A stretch of 31,428 bases of DNA, taken from assembly GCA_038087875.1 (NCBI GenBank), contig JAXLNO010000038.1:62001-93428 (forward strand). The letters run 5' to 3'. The position numbers and the translations under genes were made by a program. Source of the stretch: Malacoraja senta (lineage: Eukaryota). Below, piece after piece: positions 1 through 12,958 of this stretch (position 1 is its first letter; every line of letters starts with the position of its first letter). A model generated the notes under the pieces. It made no database searches. It had not been told where the DNA came from and saw only the letters and a program-made list of their open reading frames with translations.

Positions 1-288
1 CCACTAGTGGGAGAGTCTAGAACCAGAGGCCATAGTTTCAAAATAAAAGGATGTACCTTTAGAAAGGAGATGAGGAGGAATTTCTGTAGTCAGTGGGTGG
101 TGAACCTGTGGAATTCATTGCCATGGTGGCCAAGTCAATGGATATTTTAAGGCGCAGATTGACAGGTTCTTGATTAGTATGGGTGTCCGGGGTTATGGGG
201 AGAAGGCAGGAGAATAGGGTTGAGAGGAAAGATAGATCAGCCTTGATTTAATGGCGGAGTAGACTTGATGGGCCGAATGACCTTATTC
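1..288 (+). mobile_element. CR1 (HER1-like) LINE 3' end
   Basis: Translates to the CR1 ORF2 C-terminus (GESRTRGHSFKIKG..FRKEMRRNF..VVNLWNSLP). It is followed by the same 3' UTR (gatcagcc...gatgggccgaatg) seen inverted at about 2455 and 29330. Confidence 0.85.
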
Positions 289-1656
289 GAGGGAAAGATC
301 AAAATTCCACGTACAGTGTTAAAAGAACTTAATGCTGAAATCAGTGGCTGAGGGCCAAATGAGGAATGTAATGAGCGGAAGCTTTGTGGGTGGGTAATGA
401 ATGGTGAGCATCAAACTGCATCATTCTGAGCTGTTTTAATGAACACGCTCCGTTCTCAGAGAATGTGAGTGCTGTCAACAAGGCCATTTATTGCCCAGTA
501 CTAATTGTCCACTTACTGGCTTCCTGATCAATGACAGAGGCCGATAGTGGTGGGTTTGAAGGTCGGATCAATCAGGTGTGCTGGTTTTCTTTATTGACAA
601 AGTGTCAGAGGATTTCAACTGACATTGCCGTAGTCTCTTGGTCACCCCGCAGGTGCCAACTTTTTATCCTAGTAGTGGGATTCAGACTTCTCCATGGATC
701 AATGTATCATTAATAACTCGACTAATAACCTATATCCTATCCTTCCCACCACTAACTGGAACAAGCAAGGACTTTGTCCCTACATCAACTCATTGACTGA
801 TTAAACCATCATATACATTTTTGTTACACATAGGCTCGCTTATTCCAGTGATCCTCTGCCTCCCCTCCCACATTCTTTCCCGTACACTGAAGCAAAAGCA
901 GAATTGTTGGAAGTACTCACCCAACAAAGCCACAGAGAGATAAACCAATCAACGGTTAGGATCAATGGCCCTTCCTCAGAAGCGGTAACTGGTTTCATTC
1001 CCCAAATGCTGTTTGACTGGTGGAGTTCTTCCAGCATTTTTTTTGTTGGTTTCAGTTTCTAGCATTTGCAGTTTCATTGGTTTTCTATTCATGGTAAACT
1101 GAAGTTCTTCCAAAACCTGTTTCCATTTCCTAACTCATGACAAGTCCTGTTCATTCATCATCTGAGTGCTTTCCATTCTGTATCGGTTCTCATCTATGTT
1201 CTCCCTCAACCCTGAATTACTTGCGATCCTCTTCACCACCCACCAAATTCATTGCTCAGCCTTTGGCAACTAAAGCTTCAGCTGCCAAATTCCTAAGCTC
1301 TGGTTTCTCTTCAAAAACCCTTTCCATATCTCTTTATCTCCTTTTCCTTCCTTAAGATGCTCCTTAAAATCTACCACTGGCCACCTGTTCTTCACCGGTC
1401 TGAGTATCTCCGAGTGGAGCTCAATGTCATAATTTGTTTGGGAAGCTTCCCTTTCTGCAGCTTTTGCAACATTAATGATGTAATACAAATGCAACTTGTT
1501 CGTAGGGATGAAATGCAACCTGTGGCAGCCGCATTGCTGCCAGCATCATTATTATCTGCCAGGTCTCCTTTGTGCAACGACACAGTGTATTGGGTTCAAC
1601 ACCCTCTGCACTTTTGCCATTGGCCAAAAATCAGATTTTTTACAGTGTCAACCATT

Positions 1657-1840
1657 AGTTTTTTTTAGGTTGGAGATATTGTGTGGAAACAGGCCCTTTG
1701 CCCACCCAGTCCACACCGACCAACAATCATCCTTACACTAGCTCTACCCAACAAACTAGGGACAAGTTACAGAAGCCAATTAACCTGTAAACCTGCACGT
1801 CTTTAGAATGTGGGAGGAAACTGGAGCACCCGGAAAAAAC
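1657..1840 (-). mobile_element. Partial HE1-like V-SINE (3' half)
   Basis: The reverse complement matches the V-domain and tail of the full SINE at 28659-28990 (tttcctcccaca..aaagacgtgcaggttt..ggttaattggct). Confidence 0.75.
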
Positions 1841-1873
1841 TGGGAGAGGGTCTCCAATGAGGTAGATAGTAGT

Positions 1874-2240
1874 TCAGGACTGCTCTCTAGTTGTGATAGG
1901 ATGATTCAGTTGCCTGATAACAGCTGGGAAGAAACTGTCCCTGAATCTGGAGGTGTGCATTTTCACACTTCTATACCTTTTGCCTGATGGGAGATGGGAG
2001 AAGAGGGAGTGGCCAGGGTGCGACATGTCCTTGATTATGCTGCTGGCCTTGCCGAGGCAGCGTGAGGTATAAATGGAGTCAATGGAAGGGAGGTTGGTTT
2101 GCGTGATGGTCTGGGCTACATCCACAATTCGCTGCAATTTCTTGCGGTTTTGGATGGAGCTGTTCCCAAACCATGCCATGATGCATTCCAATAACATACT
2201 TTCTATGGAGCATCCGTAGAAGTTCGTGAGAGTTGATGGG
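1874..2240 (-). mobile_element. Rex1/Babar-type LINE 3' fragment
   Basis: The peptide LTNFY..IESML..CIMAWFGN..RKKLQR..HPGHSLF..LPSGKRYRS..RFRDSFFP aligns by eye to the C-terminus of ORF 17393-18424. Confidence 0.85.
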
Positions 2241-2451
2241 GATTGGAGTAGGGGGGGAAAATGGAAAAGAAAAGGTGGGAACGGGATGAAGCCCGGCAAG
2301 TGACAGGTGGATACAGGTGTCGGGGGTTTGACTGGCAGGTGGATGGAGTAAGTGACAAAGGCTCGAGGTGAAAAGAAGACCAATGCGTGTGAGAGAAGGA
2401 GAGGAGATGAGTGAAATATAAAGCCAGGGGGTGGGATGTTCACGTTCACAA

Positions 2452-2773
2452 GTTATTAGAGTAGAATAAGGCCATTCGGCCCATCGAGTCTACTCCGCCA
2501 TTCAATCATGGCTGATCTCTGCCCCCTAATCCCATTTTCCTGCCTTCTACCCATAACACTTGACGCCTGTGCTAATCAAGAATTTGTCTATATCTGCTTT
2601 AAAAATATCCACTGACTTGGCTTCCACTGCCCTCTGTGGCAATGTGTTCCACAGATTGACTAGCCTCTGACTAAAGAAGTTCCTCCTCACCTCCTTTCTT
2701 TAATTCTGAGGCTGTGACCCTCTGGTCCTAGACTCTCCCACCAGTGGAAACATCCTTTGCACATGCACTCTAT
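2452..2773 (-). mobile_element. CR1 LINE 3' end
   Basis: The minus strand reads MFPLVGESRTRG and carries the conserved CR1 3' UTR (homologous to 1-288). Confidence 0.85.
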
Positions 2774-2779
2774 ATGTGG

Positions 2780-3190
2780 ATGTGGGTGGAAGGGGTTGGG
2801 GAGAGGGGAAAGAGGGAGATAAATGAGAAATGGGGGTCTTGGGGATGGGAAATGAGTGTTTGTGAGGTGACGGGGAGGGGTGGAGATAGGGGCAGTGTGG
2901 TGTGGGACTCATGGCAATGGAAGAAAGGGTCAGTAGGGTATTACTTGAAAATGGAGAATTCAATTGTTCATCAGTCTGAAGAAGGGTCTTCACCTGAAAT
3001 GTCACCCATTCCTTCTCTTCATAGATGCTGCCTGTCCCGCTGAGTTACTCCAGCATTTTGTGTCTACCTTCAATGTTCATACCATAAGCTGCCCAAACGG
3101 AAAATGAGCTGCTGTTCCTCCATTTCCCAAGTGGCCTCACTCTGGCAATGGAAGAGGCCAAGGACACAAATGTCGGAATGGGAACTGGAA
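2780..3190 (-). mobile_element. Penelope-like element 3' remnant, interrupted by a small HHR-bearing insert (2972-3068)
   Basis: Homologous to 12780-12958 and to the reverse complement of 23800-23960 (GIY-YIG C-terminal region). The insert is flanked by ttcaa(t)tgttcat direct repeats (2959-2971, 3069-3080). Confidence 0.7.
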
Positions 3191-3319
3191 GGTCGAGAGC
3201 TCTTGGTCTTCACATTAAATGTAGAAGTTGCACTTTACCCATATCACACACTTTACACGTTACCAGAAGAGCTCACTTTGAAATTCCACAACACTAAATG
3301 ATTTAATCTTTTCTTATAA

Positions 3320-4055
3320 TTGATAAGGCCTGGTGGTCTCCATCCCAGGATACTTAAGGAAGTGGCTACAGAAATCGTGGACGCATTGGTGATCATTTTC
3401 CAATGTTCTATAGATTCAGGATCAGTTCCTGTGGATTGGAGGGTAGCTAATGTTATCCCACTTTTTAAGAAAGACGGGAGAGAGAAAACAGGGAATTATA
3501 GACCAGTTAGCCTGGTGGGGAAGATGCTGGAGTCAATTATAAAAGATGAAATAGTGGCACATTTGGATAGCAGTAACAGGATCGGTCCGAGTCAGCATGG
3601 ATTTACGAAGGGGAAATCATGCTTGACTAATCTTCTGGAATTTTTTGAGGATGTAACTTGGAAATGGACAAGGGAAAGCAAGTGGATGTAGTGTACCTGG
3701 ACTTTCAGAAAGCATTTGATAAGTTCCCACATAGGAGATTAGTGGGCAAAATTAGAGCACATGGTATTGGAGGTAGGGTACTGACATGGATAGAAAATTG
3801 GTTGGCAAACAGGAAACAAAGAGTAGGGATTAACGGGTCCCTTTCAGAATGGCAGGCAGTAACTAGTGGGGTACAGCAAGGATCGGTGCTGGGACCACAG
3901 TTATTTACAATATACATTAATAATTTAGATGAAGGGATTAAAAGTAACATTAGCAAATTTGCAGTTGACACAAAGCTGGGTGACAGTGTGAAATGTGAGG
4001 AGGATGCTATGAGAATGCAGGGTGACTTGGACAGGTTGGGTGAATGGGCAGATGC
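3320..4055 (+). mobile_element. CR1 LINE reverse-transcriptase fragment (frameshifted)
   Basis: Motifs GLHPRILKE, NYRPVSL, QHGF.KGKSC, DFQKAFD, GV.QGSVLGP and KFAVDTKLG (degenerate FADD) span ORFs 3320-3691 and 3658-4125. Confidence 0.92.
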
Positions 4056-4056
4056 A

Positions 4057-4257
4057 GTGACCTGCGTGGGTTTTCTCCGAGATTTTCGGTTTCCTCCCAC
4101 TCTCCAAAGACGTACAGGTTTGTAGGTTAATTGTCTTGGTATAAATATAGAACTGTCCCTAGGGTGTGTAGGATAGTATTAATGTGCGGGGATCGCTGGT
4201 TGGTGCGGACTCGGTGGGTCGAAGTGCCTGTTTCCGCGCTGTATCTCTAAATTAAAC
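4057..4257 (+). mobile_element. 5'-truncated HE1-like V-SINE
   Basis: Near-identical to 28774-28985 (gtgacc.gcgtgggttttctc...ccaaagac.tacaggtttgtaggttaattg...tctctaaa). Confidence 0.85.
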
Positions 4258-5403
4258 ACTCAGTGAACAGCAAAGATACTTCTGGTATCTTTGGTGAACA
4301 GTGCCAGATACCAGTTACCCTGACAGAACAGTGATACATTCCTTAGTCATCTCCGAAATGCTTCCTGAGTGTTCTGTTAACTTATATATGGAAAAACAAG
4401 TGGAAAGAAATGGAAGAGATGACTGAAAGCTTGCAGCTGTAAATTGATCACAGCAGGTGTTAGGGATAAGGATATTTCTATTGGAATGATTATGAAGGAA
4501 AATATATATATTGTGAAACCATTTCTCTTGCCTTAGAAATACGTAAAGATAGTTGCAGGTTATAAATCACTACTATTCTCCTCAAGTTTGATTTATTTTC
4601 AGTATTATGTAAACAAAAATGTAATATTTATCTCTTCTCTTCACACTGAAATTAATCATTAGGCAGGTGACTGGTGGGATGAACCTGGAATTTGGGGATT
4701 TGCTTGGTAACCATAGCTGTTATTAACTTTCTAATTTTATTAAGTGATGTTTCTCTTTGAGTTGTTACAGCAAAAGTGGCAGATAAGGTTAGTGAAAATT
4801 CAATTCAAAGGCCAAACAAGATAATCCATCCAATATATCTGGAGTGGTCCTGGGGTTAGGCCAGCGACATCAACTTCTCTGTTCAATTGTGGAGACAATT
4901 GATTCAGAAGCGCTGAGCAAAAGCAGCACAGTAATCCATGTGAAGGAAGAAAGGGGAACATGAACAACTTCATGTCAGTGGTGGTGCAGATCTTAGAAAG
5001 GATTCTCTGCTGCCTTTTGTAGCATAATCCATAAAGATATAATGAGGTTTAATTATTTGGGCATGTGAAGCAGTACATATTGTCTACATAAGATGCTGTA
5101 ATGAAATATATGCAGGATTCAGGAATTCGTATCGATTAATGCAGAATGCACACTCTGAACAGCACAAATTTATTAAAGCAAAATACAAGTAAAATACAGA
5201 AAAAAAACTATCAATAAAGTAACAATACAACAGGTCTCAGGCCCCTCTATGTATTCGAGTCGCCTGTCTGCACAGGCACATGCCAGTCCAATATGTATCT
5301 CTCTCTTTCTCTTTTTTTTACTTTTCAAAAACTTTATTCAACACACTCAATGATACATCACATCAATACATAATCAAAAGATACATTATATCAAACCACA
5401 TCC

Positions 5404-8400
5404 TTATAGTACAACAGTACATTCATTATTTATTATACTCTCCACCCCACGTGGTGACCATCGCCCACGGAAGGCCTCCAGAGTCCCCGTGGACACCGCA
5501 TATTCCCGCTCCAGGGACACCCGTGCACGGACGTACGCCCGGAAGAGGGGCAGGCAGCCAACTCTCGCCTCACCATCGACCGCCCGCTGCCTGGACCCAC
5601 AAATGGCCATCTTAACCAGGCCCAGGAGCAAACCGACAGGGAGGTCCCAACCCCCCACTTGGCTCTCCCCACACCCTACCTTATGCCCACACACTAGAAT
5701 CGTGGGACTAAAATGCAACCAGAACTTAAGGAACAACCCCTTCAGATATTGGTACAGGGGCAGTAACCTCTCACACTCCATGTATACGTGGAACACGGTC
5801 TCTTCCTTGCCACAGAAAATACACGCGGCGGACGAACCCGTGAACCGACTCAAAGGTTTATTACAAACCACCGCTCCATGCAACATTCTCCACCCCAGGT
5901 CCCCAATGTAAAGGGGGACAACTCCCGTATAGAAGGACCCCCACCAGGGACCCCCCCCCACCATCAGGTGGTAACACCGTCCGCCAAGGTGTGTCAGCAC
6001 GGGAAACAAAGGCAAGGAGGTGCAGAATGTGCAGGAACATCCTATACAGTGTGCGTCTCTTCGCATCACGAAACGGTATGCTGATCATCTCAGAAAGGCG
6101 GCTCAGGTTGTGTGGAGCCGGTTCCCGAGATATATCCCGGAGCCTTGGCCCGATGAGCAGATCTGACGGAGCAATTGAAAGCTCAGCCAGAACCACTCTA
6201 GGCGCTCGCCTCTCCTCGACACCCGCCATGACTGGGCGAGGACCAGCCACTCCCGCAGCCGCACCATCCCCCTCCCCTCGTAGAACAACACGCTGGCTGA
6301 AAACAACCAAATTCATCACTCTGATCACATCCCGGTAGAAAACAGGCAAACCCCTTAGGGCGGGTCTACTGATGCCCGCCACCGGGAGCCGCGAGACCCC
6401 CCCTAGGCAACGACCACGACGAAAAAAATACGTGGCCAGAGCGTGCCATCTGGGGGGATTCTCTACATACATATACCTCCGCAGAGTCCTGAGACGGAGA
6501 GCCGCCACCTGGGTATGCACGCATACCAAGGACTGACCGCCCTCCTCTAACGGGAGACTCAGGACTGCTGCAGAGACCCAGTGCTTCCTATTTCCCCAGA
6601 AGAAATCTACCAGCTTCTTCTGAAGAGCATTTTCAAATATGGAAGGTGGGACAAGAGTAGCCAGCCGGTACCATAACATAGAGGCCACCAGCTGATTTAT
6701 GACCATCACCCTCCCCCGGAAAGAAAGAACTCCAAGCAAGCCCGACCAGCGCCCCAGCCGGGCAACCACCTTCGTCTCCAACTCCTGCCAGTTCGCCGGC
6801 CAAGCATCCTCAGTGGGACTCAGGTAAACCCCCAGATAGAGGAGATGTGTGGTGCTCCACACATACCTTTCCATCTCCTCCGGCAGGGAATCCACCTGCC
6901 ACTGACCCACTAAAAGACCAGAACACTTACTCCAGTTAATCCTGGCAGAAGATGCAGCTGAGAAAATCTCCTGGCAGTCACGCATCCTCCGCAGGTCACC
7001 AGGATCAGTAAACATAAGGAGGACATCATCTGCATACGCTGAATGAACCACCTCCAACCCCGGCCCAGTAGGGCCAGGCCTGTCAACCTCCTCCGAAGAA
7101 GACACAGGAACGGCTCCACACAGACCGAGTACAACTGACCCGACATGGGGCACCCCTGACGGACCCCACTCCCAAACTGAAAGGGAGCCAACAATGCACC
7201 ATTAACCTTCACCAGGCACTCCGCTGCAGCGTACAGAAGCCGGACCCGGGCCACAAAATGCGGTCCAAGTCCAAACGTTTGCAACGTCCCAAATAGGTAA
7301 TCATGCTCTACCCTATCAAAAGCCTTCTCCTGATCAAGAGACAGAAAAGCAGCTGACTGACCAGTACCCTGAACTAGATGAATCAGGTCCCTAACCAGGT
7401 GGATGTTATCCTGAATGGACCTGCCAGGGACTGTATAGGACTGGTCAGGATGAATCATTTGAGACAGCACAGGGCCCAGGCGATTTGCCATTGCCCGTGC
7501 AAATACTTTATACTCTGTACATAGGAGAGATACCGACCTCCAGTTCTTCACAAGCGGAGTTCGCCCTTCTTAGGCAGCAAGACAATAACTGCCCTACGCC
7601 ACGAGAGGGGCATCGCCCCGGTCGCCAGACTCTCCCCCAGCACCAACATGTAATCACCCCCCAGGATATCCCAGAAAGCTCTGATAAACTCTACCGTCAA
7701 CCCATCCATCCCGGGTGACTTACCCTTCCTGAGCTGACACAATGCACAAGTCAACTCCTCCAAAGATAAGGGGCCATCAAGAAGATCGGCCACCTCCCTA
7801 TCAACAGTCGGTAGACCCTCCCACAAGTCCTGCTGAGCCTCCCCGTTATATCCCCCTGCAGAGAACAGGGACCCATAAAAGGACCTGACCTCCTCACTGA
7901 TCCTCTCCTGATCAGTGACAGAGGAGCCATCATCTGCGAGCAGCTCTACGAGCTGCTTGCAGGCTCCCCTCCCTTTCTCCAAAGAGAAAAAGAAAGGCGA
8001 AGCTCGGTCCAGATCTTGCATCATCTGTACCCGCGCCCTCACGAAAGCGCCTCGGGACCGCTCAAGCAGCAGATTCCTCAAGGCTTCCTTCTTCTCCTGA
8101 AACTCTCCCCATCCACAGGAGTCCTCACCATCCCGACCCAAGCGAGACTCTGCACCCCGTAGCTCCCTCTCAAGCCTCGCGACCGCTGAGTCCCTCCGTC
8201 CGGTCGACCCCCACGTATACTCCTTACAAAATAGACGAATGTGAGCCTTCCCCACATCCCACCACTGCCTAAGGGAAGAGAAGCACCTCTGCCCCTCTCT
8301 CCACTTCCCCCAAAACCTACTGAATGACTCCCGGAAACACCGATCCTCCAGCAACCGGTTGTTAAAGTGCCAGTATGCGGACCCAGCCCTAGTGCGCGCC

Positions 8401-9110
8401 GGATTGAAGTCCACACGCACCAAACAGTGATCCGAACATGGCACCACCCGCATTGAAGCCTCTGAGACACGGGCAACAAACGCTCGGGAAATATATATTC
8501 TGTCAATACGGGAACCACCACCCTCATACCTCCGCGAAAAAGCATTGGAATCCGGATGGAGGTTCCGCCATGCATCAACCAACTCAAAGGATTCAATCAT
8601 CCCTCTCAACCTCTTTGCTACAGCAGGGGCACACCGAGTACCAGAACGATCTCGCGCCTCAAGTGTGCAATTAAAGTTCCAACCAAGGAAAACACACTCT
8701 CCCCTATCAATAGTGCTCAACAGAGCAGTCACCTCCTGAATTAGGCCGGCCTGCATCGTACCGGAGCTAGGGGCATATACGTTAATGAAATGCAACGGCA
8801 TGCCATCCAAGCTCACTGCCAGATGGAGCAAACGTCCAGGCACAACTTCATTCACTTTTAAAATCGTTGGCAGGAAATTCTGGGCCAACAGAAAGGCCAC
8901 CCCACTCGAATTCGAGCTGAGATGACTCATGTAAACCCCCCCTTCCCACTCCAGTCTCCAGGTAGGTTCATCACTAACAACTGTGTGCGTCTCCTGCAAA
9001 AAACACACTGCAAATCTCCCTCTTTAAGGACTGATAAAAGCTGAAATCTACGAAAACTCGCTCTACTCCCGTTTAAGTTTAATGTTGCAACGGTGAATGT
9101 AAAGGCACAC
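5404..9110 (-). pseudogene. Tx1 ORF2: APE endonuclease, reverse transcriptase and C-terminal zinc finger (several frameshifts)
   Basis: APE motifs TLNLNGSR, FLQETH, SRIDRIY, SDH. RT motifs KSPGMDGL, KNWRSVSLL, DQEKAFD, GVRQGCP, YADD. C-terminal CIFCGKEETVFHVYMEC. Split over ORFs 7548-9008, 6910-7551, 5861-7153 and 5404-6069. Confidence 0.92.
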
Positions 9111-11381
9111 TAGATTAAACCCCCACACTCCCCGTAGACACAACAAATTTCTCTCTAAGTAACACCAAAAGTCCCCAAACTGCCTCTCCTCTAAGTCAGT
9201 AAGATCACTCTCCCTGCTGCCAAGAATATCCTCGAGAGTCGGAATCAAACCTGGCAGATCTTTCCACCACCTACTAGCAGCCTCCAATCTTGTTCTTACG
9301 GAGCGGTTTGTTCTGAGAAAGTCTCGAACCACCTTTATCTCACATTCAAGAGACTCGGCCTTGGACCCTGGGCACTCGGCCAACGCACTTGCACCTGCAC
9401 CATCAGGCTCCACATCACAACGTTCAAGGTCTCTTTCAGTAATTGAACGCCCAGAGCTCTCCAAAAGCTCTCCACCCCCACTACCCAAACTTTCCTGTTC
9501 ACCCTCCCCCTCCTCCAGCAAGACACCACCCCCAGGATCAATACCAGGTAAGGGCCCCGAAACCCCCAACTGCAACAAGCATAACCCTGACTGGCTTGGC
9601 ACCTGCTCGCTACCATCACCCACCACTCCCTGGCCTGGGGAAACAAAACACTAGGCACCCCCAGGGCCTGGGATACACTGCCACCCCTTGAACCTAAAGG
9701 GAAATCACCACCCAAACTATCCCCGACCTCCACACCACCTATAGCATCCCCACCACTAGCAACACCCAGAGGCTCGCCTCTTTCTTTTAGCCTCTACCCT
9801 TCCACCTCATCCGGCGATACAGCACACCCCCCATTACCACCACTGGCACTGATGTGCAGCATAGACTGGAACACCACAGCCCCCGAACCACCCCCCTCAG
9901 GCCGACTCTGCTCATCCCCCATCTCAGGGGCCCCCCTACCAGGGGCACATACCCCATCCTCTGCCGTTCCATCACCCTCAAGAGGCCTCTGAAACGAGGG
10001 GACCTCCTCCGACCCAGAGGACACACCCCCAGGGGAGCTCACCTCACCACCCGATGAGATAACTCCATCAGAGGGCCCCTGAAATGAAGGGACAGCCACC
10101 CGCCCAGAGGACACAACTCCAGCGGAATCAACCCCCCTCACCTGCCCTAACTTTCACCTCACGCCCTTCCTCTTCCTCGCCAGGCCTATTCCTTTTTACC
10201 CCACTAGCATGCGGCGGTACGGTGACCTCCATAAAGGAAGGGTCTTCCACCCCCTCACTACCCCCATCCACTATACCACCCGCACACTTTACCATCCCTT
10301 CCCCCGTCTGAGTGACCTCATCGCCTTGCTGGGCCACATCAAGCACAATCTGGACCTCACTAGATCTGACACGCACCCCGTTCTCAGATTGCGTTTTACT
10401 CGCTGGATGGCCCTTTCCCCTCTTCCTCCTCGACTTCTTCACCTCCCACTCCCCCCCCACCATCTTTTTCCTCCCCCGCTCCACCCTCTCCCTCCCCCTC
10501 ACCATTAGCCACCACCACCTCCACAGTCTCATGACGCAGGGGCCTGAGGCCTTCCCCGCCCCGGGTCCCCAAGGCAGAACTTTCAGACCCAGATGGCCTA
10601 TCACTTCCGCCCCGGATCCCCGTGGTAGAGCTAGCCGCCCTAGCCAGGTCAGCAGTGCCGCCCCGCGCCACCGAGGCATGATGTACCACCCCGGATGGCC
10701 CAGCATTGCAATCCTGGGCCACTACGCTAGAACATCTAGCAACGCCCCCGCGAGAAAGACACTCTTTACGGATATGTCCATATGCTCCACACTCATGACA
10801 CCGTGCCTTCTCCGAACTCCAATACACGGTTCTATAGAGACCCTGACAATCCACCTCAAAGCTCCCCTCCCCGCCTTCATCCTCACCCACCTTCATGAAC
10901 ACCCTCCTCTTAAAACTCAAGATCCCTCTTTCCTCCGGATCCCCCCCGAGGTGCCTGAGCCTAAAGCACTTAGACCTCACCTCCCCAATCATAGACAGGT
11001 GTGGCATAAGTGCAGCATCCGAAATAAATGTGGGGCAATTCCGCAGGAGAACCGGTCTCACCCTAGATAACCACGGATCCACCTGTAATTGGATCCCCCC
11101 CACTGATATCCCCCTCTCCAATGCCATTTTCACACCCTCCTGGGTCTTTAAAATCATCTCCACCTTTCCTCTTACAAGCTCGGAAGAGACAACAGCCCGC
11201 CCCCAATAAGGTCATTCACGGCCTTGGTAATTGCTCCCCTTGACATCTGGGGCCCAGTTTGGACCGAGATACCAAACTTGCCCCAATTCAAGTCCACATA
11301 AGGCTCATACTCCAATGTCCTCGCATCCGCCTCTGATGCCGCCACTGCGTAGCTCCGGTTCTTCGGCCTCGCCCCAGCCAT
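9063..11381 (-). pseudogene. Tx1 ORF1: gag-like nucleic-acid-binding protein (frameshifted)
   Basis: ATG at 11381 (MAGARPKNRSYA..), an RRM-like segment (VLLRNCPTFISDAAL..SFKRRVFM), a CCHC knuckle CHECGAYGHIRKEC and a long G/E-rich low-complexity tail. Confidence 0.82.
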
Positions 11382-11869
11382 CGCCCTCCTGACAGAGGCA
11401 CAACCAGCTGCAATCGACCCGGCAGCTCAGCTCCACGTTAATTCCCGCAAACAGTCACAGTCAACAAGTAGCAGAACTCTGAAGCCTCCAGCTACAGCCA
11501 GAAAATCCCCAAAGACGTCCACAGCCGAGAGCAGCTTTTGGGAAGCTCTATCCCATTCTTTCCGGACTCAACAATACCATCTTCACATTAAACCCGGCAT
11601 CCGCCTGAGCAAAATGACTTCATGGCATTCCCTCGATCACCATGCACTCTTGGCAGTCCGCCAACGACAACCGCACCCTCGACAATGGAAAAATATCTCC
11701 GGAATGTCCGCACTTGTGGAGAATTCCTAGAGCAGAGAAAAGTTTCACCAGTCCAACAATAAGTTAAACCATGAAGCCCCTCTGCCTCTGTTCCTTCCCC
11801 ATCGACAACGTCCTTGAAAAGCTGTTTGAATCCTTCTCAACTTCAGAGCTGAAAAAAAACACAGCCAGC

Positions 11870-12009
11870 CTCTCTCTCTCTCTCTCTCTCTCTCCCTCTC
11901 TCTCTCCCTCTCCCTCTCCCTCTCCCTCTCCCCTCTCTCCCTCTCTCACTCTCTCTCCCTCTCTCCCCTCTCTCTCCCCCTCTCTCTCTCCCTCTCCCCT
12001 CTCTCCCTC
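11870..12009. repeat. (TC)n / TCCC-interrupted microsatellite
   Basis: Seen directly. A short TC remnant lies at 5298-5311 on the other side of the Tx1 element. Confidence 0.95.
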
Positions 12010-12441
12010 AAAGGTGAAACTCTACTCTAATGGTGGAAGCATGCACTAACATAATAACTTTATCTCTAAGAACAACAGGTGTCAGAACTCCTTGGTACAA
12101 AAATGGCGCGAGTTAAGTGTCCTATCAGACGCCGAGCTAGTCTCGGATGTCTCTGGGGAAAGCAAAGCTTATCTCAGTGACCTCACAGACTTACAGGTCC
12201 CGTCACGTTAGCCTAAGAGCCTAAGTATCTTTCAAAAACATCTTCTTGCTTTCCAGAGCAGAGGTTCAAATGTGGTGTTGCCAATGCAGCTGACAATCCA
12301 TTGTAGCTGACATAGTCTGTTAAACCCTTACATTACAGATACAAAGACTGAGTTTGTTTGAAACTTGCCCATGACTCATCAAATGCCTTGGTTTGAAAGC
12401 TCAAGTTGTTCTCGGGTACTCTGACACGACTGACATTAGAA

Positions 12442-12958
12442 AAGGAACTGCATATTCTGGTTTACACCGAAGATAGACATAAAAAGCTGGAGTAACTCAG
12501 CGGGTCATACAGCATCTCTGGAGAAAAGGAATAGGCGACGTTCCGGATTGCGATCCTTCTTCAGACTGAGAGTCAGGGGAAAGGGAAACGAGAGATGTAG
12601 ATGGTGATTTTGAGAGATATAGAACAAATTAATTAAAGATATCCCAAAAAGTAACGCTGATAAAGGAAACGGGCCATTGTTAGCTGTGGGCTAGGTGAAA
12701 ACGAGTTACAGACAATGAGACTCAACAAAATGACTTTGAGGCTGGTACAATGACGGGTGGGGGAGCGATGGAGAGAGTGGATTATTTGAAGTTAAAGTCA
12801 ATATTCACACACTGAGGTGTAAGCTGCCCAAGCGGAATATGAGGTGCTGTTCCTCCAATTTGCGTTTGTCCTCACTCTGACAGTGGAGGAGGCCCAGGAC
12901 AGAAAGGTCAGTGTGGGAATGGGAAGGGGGATTTAAGTGTTTGGCAACCGGGAGATCT
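12442..12958 (-). mobile_element. Penelope-like element 3' end (GIY-YIG C-terminus plus pLTR with degenerate hammerhead core)
   Basis: The minus strand encodes LPVAKHLN..SHSHTDLSVLGLLHCQSE..KLEEQHLIFRLGSL, homologous to 23770-23900. A ctgaaga..ggaacgtc motif is present on the minus strand at about 12536-12565. Confidence 0.75.

Larger units (their letters stand above)
5312..11869 (-). mobile_element. Full-length Tx1-clade non-LTR retrotransposon (L1 group) inserted in a (TC)n repeat
   Basis: Roughly 490-bp 5' UTR, ORF1, ORF2 (APE-RT-CCHC), minus-strand AATAAA at 5333-5338 and a short A tail at 5312-5319. TC repeats lie on both flanks. Confidence 0.92.
5097..12337 (-). mobile_element. Putative solo LTR (about 680 bp net) split by the Tx1 element
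   Basis: Inverted termini TGTAATG (5097) and CATTACA (12331-12337). 5-bp flanks GATGC (5092-5096) and GATAC (12338-12342). Minus-strand AATAAA at 5169-5174. Confidence 0.6.

Noticed and set aside
9361..11209. Plus-strand Pro/His/Ser-rich ORFs up to 252 aa
   Set aside because: Antisense shadows of the G-rich Tx1 ORF1.
11764..12049. Ser/Leu/Pro- and Glu/Arg-rich ORFs
   Set aside because: Translations of the (TC)n microsatellite.
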